Below, one piece after another: positions 59,970-64,000 of a stretch of DNA of 64,000 bases. The position numbers were made by a program, and so were the translations under genes. The stretch is taken from the NCBI GenBank assembly GCA_024682255.1, contig GCA_024682255.1_4716.1, one strand, 5' to 3'. Source of the DNA: a phage. The notes beneath the pieces were generated by a model that saw nothing but the letters and a program-made list of their open reading frames with translations, was not told where the DNA came from and ran no database searches. The first letter of the stretch is position 1. The number at the start of each line of letters is the position of its first letter.

Positions 59970-61287
59970 TTAACCTTTGGTATAAGCTTTAACGAGAGTG
60001 TTGATAAATGAAGTCAGTGCGCGAAGATACTGGTAAGCGAACTGGTTTTGAATACGGTTCTCTTTACCGCAAAGCAGAATCGCGCGCTTAACGAGCTTAG
60101 GATAGATCTCGATGTACGGTTGGTAGCTCGCATCAAAATTCTGCTCGTTGAAGCGTTTCATGGTGATTTCCTGGATGCGCTCCATGGTGCGAATTTTATT
60201 GCGAGAGAACATCTCAGAGAAAGCACGTCCGCGTTTTGTTACCATCAACAGATCTTTCGCGAACGTCAGTTGTCGAACGCTACGCAAATCGTCAGGTGTT
60301 GGTAGGACGTACGTTTCTGGATCGCTATCCCATTCAACATCTTCAACGACAATATCCAAGTCGAGGTAACGTTTAACCGCATCGATGATGTTGTCTTTTG
60401 ATGCGTCGAATTCTTTCAAGAAGACTGCGCCGTTGATGTAACGAATGCGTTTTCCGGAAACCGTTGGGGTGATAACGTCAGTACCTTCCACGGAACCGCG
60501 ATTTTCCAGTGTCGATTTGACAGCGTGCAAGAAAGACAGATAATCAACAGGAAGTTTTTCAACCTTATCTAAATGGAAGTCGATGATGTTTAATCCTAAC
60601 CCATCAATAACCGAATGACCATCCGATTTAAGGAACATCTGATTGAAGGTATCGATGTTGCTTTTCAGCGTGTCTACACCACCGACTTTGTTACGGTTAG
60701 GGAAAAGTGTCCGCCACTCCGCTTTAAACGCAACTTCTTTATTTTCCTCGTATTTGCCTTTAGGCATTTGTTCGAGGGCTGCAACGGCTTTCTGAAAATT
60801 GCGCGTCTCGTCGTAAACAAGACGGGTCAGCTTCTCGAAGGCTGCTGCCAAGGTCAGGGCAATATCAACAATGATATCCCAGATCTTTTTCATGGCTTTT
60901 ACAACGGTGTCCTTAAACCCTTCAACAACCAAAGCTTCTCCAACCTCAACACGATCGGTTGGCGTCAGCAATGCTTCGGAGGGTAGACCCAGAGCAATCG
61001 ACGCGGATTCTTGCACGTTACGAACTAATGCAACGTCACTGTAGTTAGCCGATTCGATAGTCGGAGCAACATCAAAACTGATTTCCCGTAATGCGGCAAC
61101 AGCAGGGAAAGCACGATCAAGTGCATCTTCATGTTCGTCGATTGTCGCCAAACGTAATTCAACGCCATCGGCATCGATGACATCGACTGTAGGCTCCACA
61201 GCAAGCGCCTCAGCAACAATAGGATCTTTTTCAAACGCCTCAAGGCTAATATCGCCTTGGGTCGCAAATAACGGTATGTGTACCATG
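59970..61287 (-). CDS. member 4 of tandem paralog array
   Basis: Start re-assigned to ATG (MVHIPLF) with GGAGA RBS (ORF track began at TTG 61310); APTIESANYSDVALVRNVQESASIALGL...EGFKDTVVKAMKKIWDII. Confidence 0.6.
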
Positions 61288-61334
61288 TGTTGTCTCCAGT
61301 AATGATTCAAAAGATAAACCTGGACGGCATAGAA

Positions 61335-61366
61335 CCCTCTCCCAACCCGTCAGGGAAGGGAGAGGG
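61335..61366 (-). terminator. conserved hairpin element (AACCC-GTCA-GGGAA)
   Basis: CCCTCTCCCAACCCGTCAGGGAAGGGAGAGGG flanked by GCATAGAA and AATATGTC; lies between paralog members 5 and 4. Confidence 0.55.
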
Positions 61367-61388
61367 AATATGTCAGTTTATTAACTGA

Positions 61389-62717
61389 TTACTGCTGTGC
61401 TGCGTCAGCCGGTTTCTCAGCCGCCTGGCCGCCGTACTCTTTCAGCATTTTAGCAACACCATCCAGGACAGCGTTACCTGCCTGAACACCGTATTTCATC
61501 AGACCAGTCTGCGGGTTCACGTAGCAGGAACGTGCGTCTTTCAGTGCAGACAGTACAGCTTGAACACGCTGTTTTTCCTGAGCGGAAACTTCGCCTTTCT
61601 TAGACAGATCGGCTTCCATATCGTCACCGAATTTAACAGCGTCTTTGAAGCCCTGGGATTTCTTACCGATGTTGCCTTTCAGCGCCAGCAGTTTGTCAGC
61701 CAGTACTTCAACACCGCTAACCGCAGCGGCCAGCTGATTCGGAGATAGAACTTTAGCCTCTTGCTGCAGCGCAGTAATGGCGTTAGCACCGCGTTCCCAG
61801 GTTACTTTCCCATCTGTGGTTTTGAATCCCCAATCGTTCGGACCTTTAACGTCAGCGATTGCTGGTGCGTTCAGTTTATCAGTGTATTCGGTGTGGGACT
61901 TAGATTTGACTAACCCAACGAATTTATCAGCACGATCGTCAGCAGCCTTCATTGCTTTCTCGAAGGTGTCAGTGATTTTAGTCGCCGCGGTAACCAGATC
62001 AAGGCCGCCGATATAACCTGTAGCGCTACCCAGTAAAACTTTATCGTTCTTCGGAGTACCTTTACGTTTGGCGATCATTTCTTTCAGTTTAGCAGCACGT
62101 GCTTTCAGTTTGGTCGCGCCGTCGAAGATACGATCCATGAACTTCACGAAGGTTTCCCAGGAAGTTTTCAGGAAGTTCTTGATGGTTGCCCACAGTTTCT
62201 GCCACCATTTTTGTTCTTCCAGGAAGATCATGTTGGTCGCATCGTAACGGGAAGCGGAACCACCGAAGCTTTCGAAGGACGGCATGGTTTCCGGCATTTT
62301 GAAACCGATAGTACCACACAGACGTTTCAGATTACGCATGTGTTCCTGAGCGGTCTGTGCAGACATACCGCCGTCTTTCAGGTAGCTTTCGGTTGCAACA
62401 ACGGTTTCCGTCAGTTCGTCCATGGCTTCATCCATGGCTTCTGCGGTTTCGTCGTCTTTTGCAATTTCGATAACAACAGCATCAACCTGCTCGATATCAC
62501 CACGAACTTCGATAGCCAGTTCGGTTTCAGCTGCGGTATCTTCAGCGATTTCAGCACGTTCGGTCAGCTCAGCCACAACGGTTTCATCCGCTGGTGCAGC
62601 ATCAGCTGCCGGTTCTGCTTCAACGGTTGCCGCTGCATCCGGATCGATCTCAGCAGCCAGTTGAACCAGCTGTGCGTTAGATGGATTTGCGACAAGACGA
62701 TCAAAAATAGAAGGCAT
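61389..62717 (-). CDS. member 5 of tandem paralog array (most divergent, acidic N-terminal region)
   Basis: 442 aa; acidic A/E/D-rich N-terminal third, same overall architecture as members 1-4; high-expression-like codon usage. Confidence 0.55.
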   Translation of the reverse strand: MPSIFDRLVANPSNAQLVQLAAEIDPDAAATVEAEPAADAAPADETVVAELTERAEIAEDTAAETELAIEVRGDIEQVDAVVIEIAKDDETAEAMDEAMDELTETVVATESYLKDGGMSAQTAQEHMRNLKRLCGTIGFKMPETMPSFESFGGSASRYDATNMIFLEEQKWWQKLWATIKNFLKTSWETFVKFMDRIFDGATKLKARAAKLKEMIAKRKGTPKNDKVLLGSATGYIGGLDLVTAATKITDTFEKAMKAADDRADKFVGLVKSKSHTEYTDKLNAPAIADVKGPNDWGFKTTDGKVTWERGANAITALQQEAKVLSPNQLAAAVSGVEVLADKLLALKGNIGKKSQGFKDAVKFGDDMEADLSKKGEVSAQEKQRVQAVLSALKDARSCYVNPQTGLMKYGVQAGNAVLDGVAKMLKEYGGQAAEKPADAAQQ

Positions 62718-62742
62718 AATTTGTTTCCTTTACAATAAATTG

Positions 62743-62758
62743 CACATTAGCTAATGTG
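62743..62758. promoter_or_regulatory. perfect 16-bp palindrome CACATTAGCTAATGTG upstream of 61389..62717
   Basis: 8+8 bp perfect inverted repeat ~25 nt upstream of the start codon, next to a TTGTAAAGGA motif also seen before the putative capsid gene. Confidence 0.4.
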
Positions 62759-62781
62759 GCTTAAGCGAACCGTTAGTCCAC

Positions 62782-63312
62782 TTAAAAGCCCTTAAAACCC
62801 GGTGCCATAGGTTGCCCAAACACCGCATTCAAAGTACATATGATGTCTTGGATGCCATTGTCCCAATGGAGCCAAGTACGCACCATCTCTTCGTCTGACA
62901 ACGTGATATAACTCATAAGTTTACCGCTGCTTTCCAGACGTTGGTGCGAACTTAACGACTGACGATCTGACCAGTTATCAATCAATTGACCCGCAATCTG
63001 AACGTTCGTGTCTCGTCTACCCGTGTGAATGAACCGTAGTGTATCACGGATAAACTCCAGACTGGTGAAGTTCAGATTTGGGTTATGGCTGTTCATTTCC
63101 ACCCAATCGGTGATAGGGTACATCAAACGATAAAGGGTAGAAAGAACCTGACGTTCATATTTCCAGTCATCGAGAGGAGTACCGTCGACCAGACGCTGAT
63201 ACAAACTAACAACGTCACGATCGTAGTTCTCCTGACGTTTTACACCGTTAACCGGGAATCCAAAGAACCCGGTACCGTATAACGTTAAAGGGACGTCACG
63301 AAGTGCATTCAT
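62782..63312 (-). CDS. hypothetical protein
   Basis: 176-aa ORF; start ATG overlaps upstream TGA as ATGA. Confidence 0.5.
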   Translation of the reverse strand: MNALRDVPLTLYGTGFFGFPVNGVKRQENYDRDVVSLYQRLVDGTPLDDWKYERQVLSTLYRLMYPITDWVEMNSHNPNLNFTSLEFIRDTLRFIHTGRRDTNVQIAGQLIDNWSDRQSLSSHQRLESSGKLMSYITLSDEEMVRTWLHWDNGIQDIICTLNAVFGQPMAPGFKGF

Positions 63313-64000
63313 ACAGCCGCCTCTTCTTGTCGTTTAATATCATAACGAAGTTTCTTCAGTCGCTCTTCGTGATATTCGATCTGCTGCTGGATTTTTGGAT
63401 CGTTGCCTGCATTCTGCTGTTTTTGCTTCAGTGACAAAATCCAATATTCCAACGCTTGGGCTTCTTCTTTGGCTGCTTGTAACGACGCTTCTTCACGTTC
63501 GCTGCGCCAGATACGGAAACGGTAAACAAGCGTGTCGGTTACATCACCGTTAGCCCACGAGCCCAGACGCATCGGGTCGGTATTACCCGCATTGTACAGT
63601 CCGTTACCAACACCGTCTTCATCAGAAACCACAACATCCGGGATTTTATCCAACCCCGCAAGGATCTGTTGTTTCTGTCCGCACAGCACTTCGGTGGCGA
63701 CAGCAAAACCGTACATGTTGGCGGTCAGGTAAGCGATCTCGTTTTTAGTGAAGAATTCACCAAGCGCTTTATCACCACCCGGCATGCTTTCGCAGATGAC
63801 TGCTGCACGAAGCAGTGTGCGAGAATAGCTAACGTAGAAGCCCAGTGCTTCAACAAGACGTACCAGAGCGGCTTCTTTGAAACTTAGACCGTCGGCAGCA
63901 ACATCGATTTCCAGGTTTTTGTTAACACGTTTAACGATTTCTGGAATCAGGTCAACAGCATTACGTAGCGCTAAGTGAACGTTTTCTACCCAGCTTCCAG
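63309..64000 (-). CDS. hypothetical protein, probably longer than ORF-track call and truncated by window end
   Basis: ORF track gives 63309..63785, but the same frame has no in-frame stop from 63786 to the window edge and translates to coherent sequence (...NVHLALRNAVDLIPEIVKRVNKNLEIDVAADGLSFKEAALVRLVEALGFYVSYSRTLLRAAVICES-MPGGDK...); weak RBS before the ATG at 63785. Confidence 0.45.
   Translation of the reverse strand, partial: GSWVENVHLALRNAVDLIPEIVKRVNKNLEIDVAADGLSFKEAALVRLVEALGFYVSYSRTLLRAAVICESMPGGDKALGEFFTKNEIAYLTANMYGFAVATEVLCGQKQQILAGLDKIPDVVVSDEDGVGNGLYNAGNTDPMRLGSWANGDVTDTLVYRFRIWRSEREEASLQAAKEEAQALEYWILSLKQKQQNAGNDPKIQQQIEYHEERLKKLRYDIKRQEEAAV

Noticed and set aside
62211-62738. 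Plus-strand ORF 62211..62738 (175 aa) and the Ser/Ala-rich ORF 62422..62664
   Set aside because: Antisense to paralog member 5; translation is Cys/Phe/Gly-rich low complexity mirroring the acidic N-terminal region of the real gene.
1-64000. Prophage or mobile-element boundaries (integrase, att sites, transposase, terminal inverted repeats)
   Set aside because: No integrase, recombinase or transposase motifs and no flanking direct repeats were found; gene content is that of a virulent phage, so no mobile-element feature is reported.

Overview
The window reads as a dense, almost gap-free segment of a large virulent tailed-phage genome. It is most likely a jumbo myovirus of the phiKZ-like kind infecting an enterobacterium; this is inference from a ~740-aa putative major capsid protein with strongly host-optimised codon usage, several paralogous virion-protein families and the gene architecture, and no database search was possible. 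I call about 54 protein-coding genes, roughly 90% on the minus strand, with short or overlapping junctions (several ATGA start/stop overlaps). I found no tRNA, rRNA, CRISPR array, integrase or transposase. Layout: (i) 1-10.2 kb holds a recombination/repair module (Rad50/SbcC-like ATPase, RuvC-like resolvase), a plus-strand gp5/gpV-like spike gene and a run of small hypothetical genes; (ii) 10.2-11.1 kb is an unusual ~0.9 kb AT-rich non-coding region; (iii) 11-26.7 kb holds two long paralogous tail fibers, two short fiber-like proteins, a GH108-type lysin and a paralog family with a shared YYDR...LAWxGSV signature; (iv) 26.7-64 kb holds large virion-type proteins, the putative major capsid gene and a tandem array of five paralogous ~430-aa genes. 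The most striking unexplained signal is a family of near-identical CT-rich/GA-rich hairpins with a conserved AACCC-N4-GGGAA core, usually flanked by CATA and TATG, at about nine gene boundaries. Function calls rest on motifs read by eye. Coordinates of non-coding elements were counted by hand and may be off by 1-2 nt; CDS ends follow the ORF track, with starts re-assigned where a ribosome-binding site supports an internal ATG or GTG.
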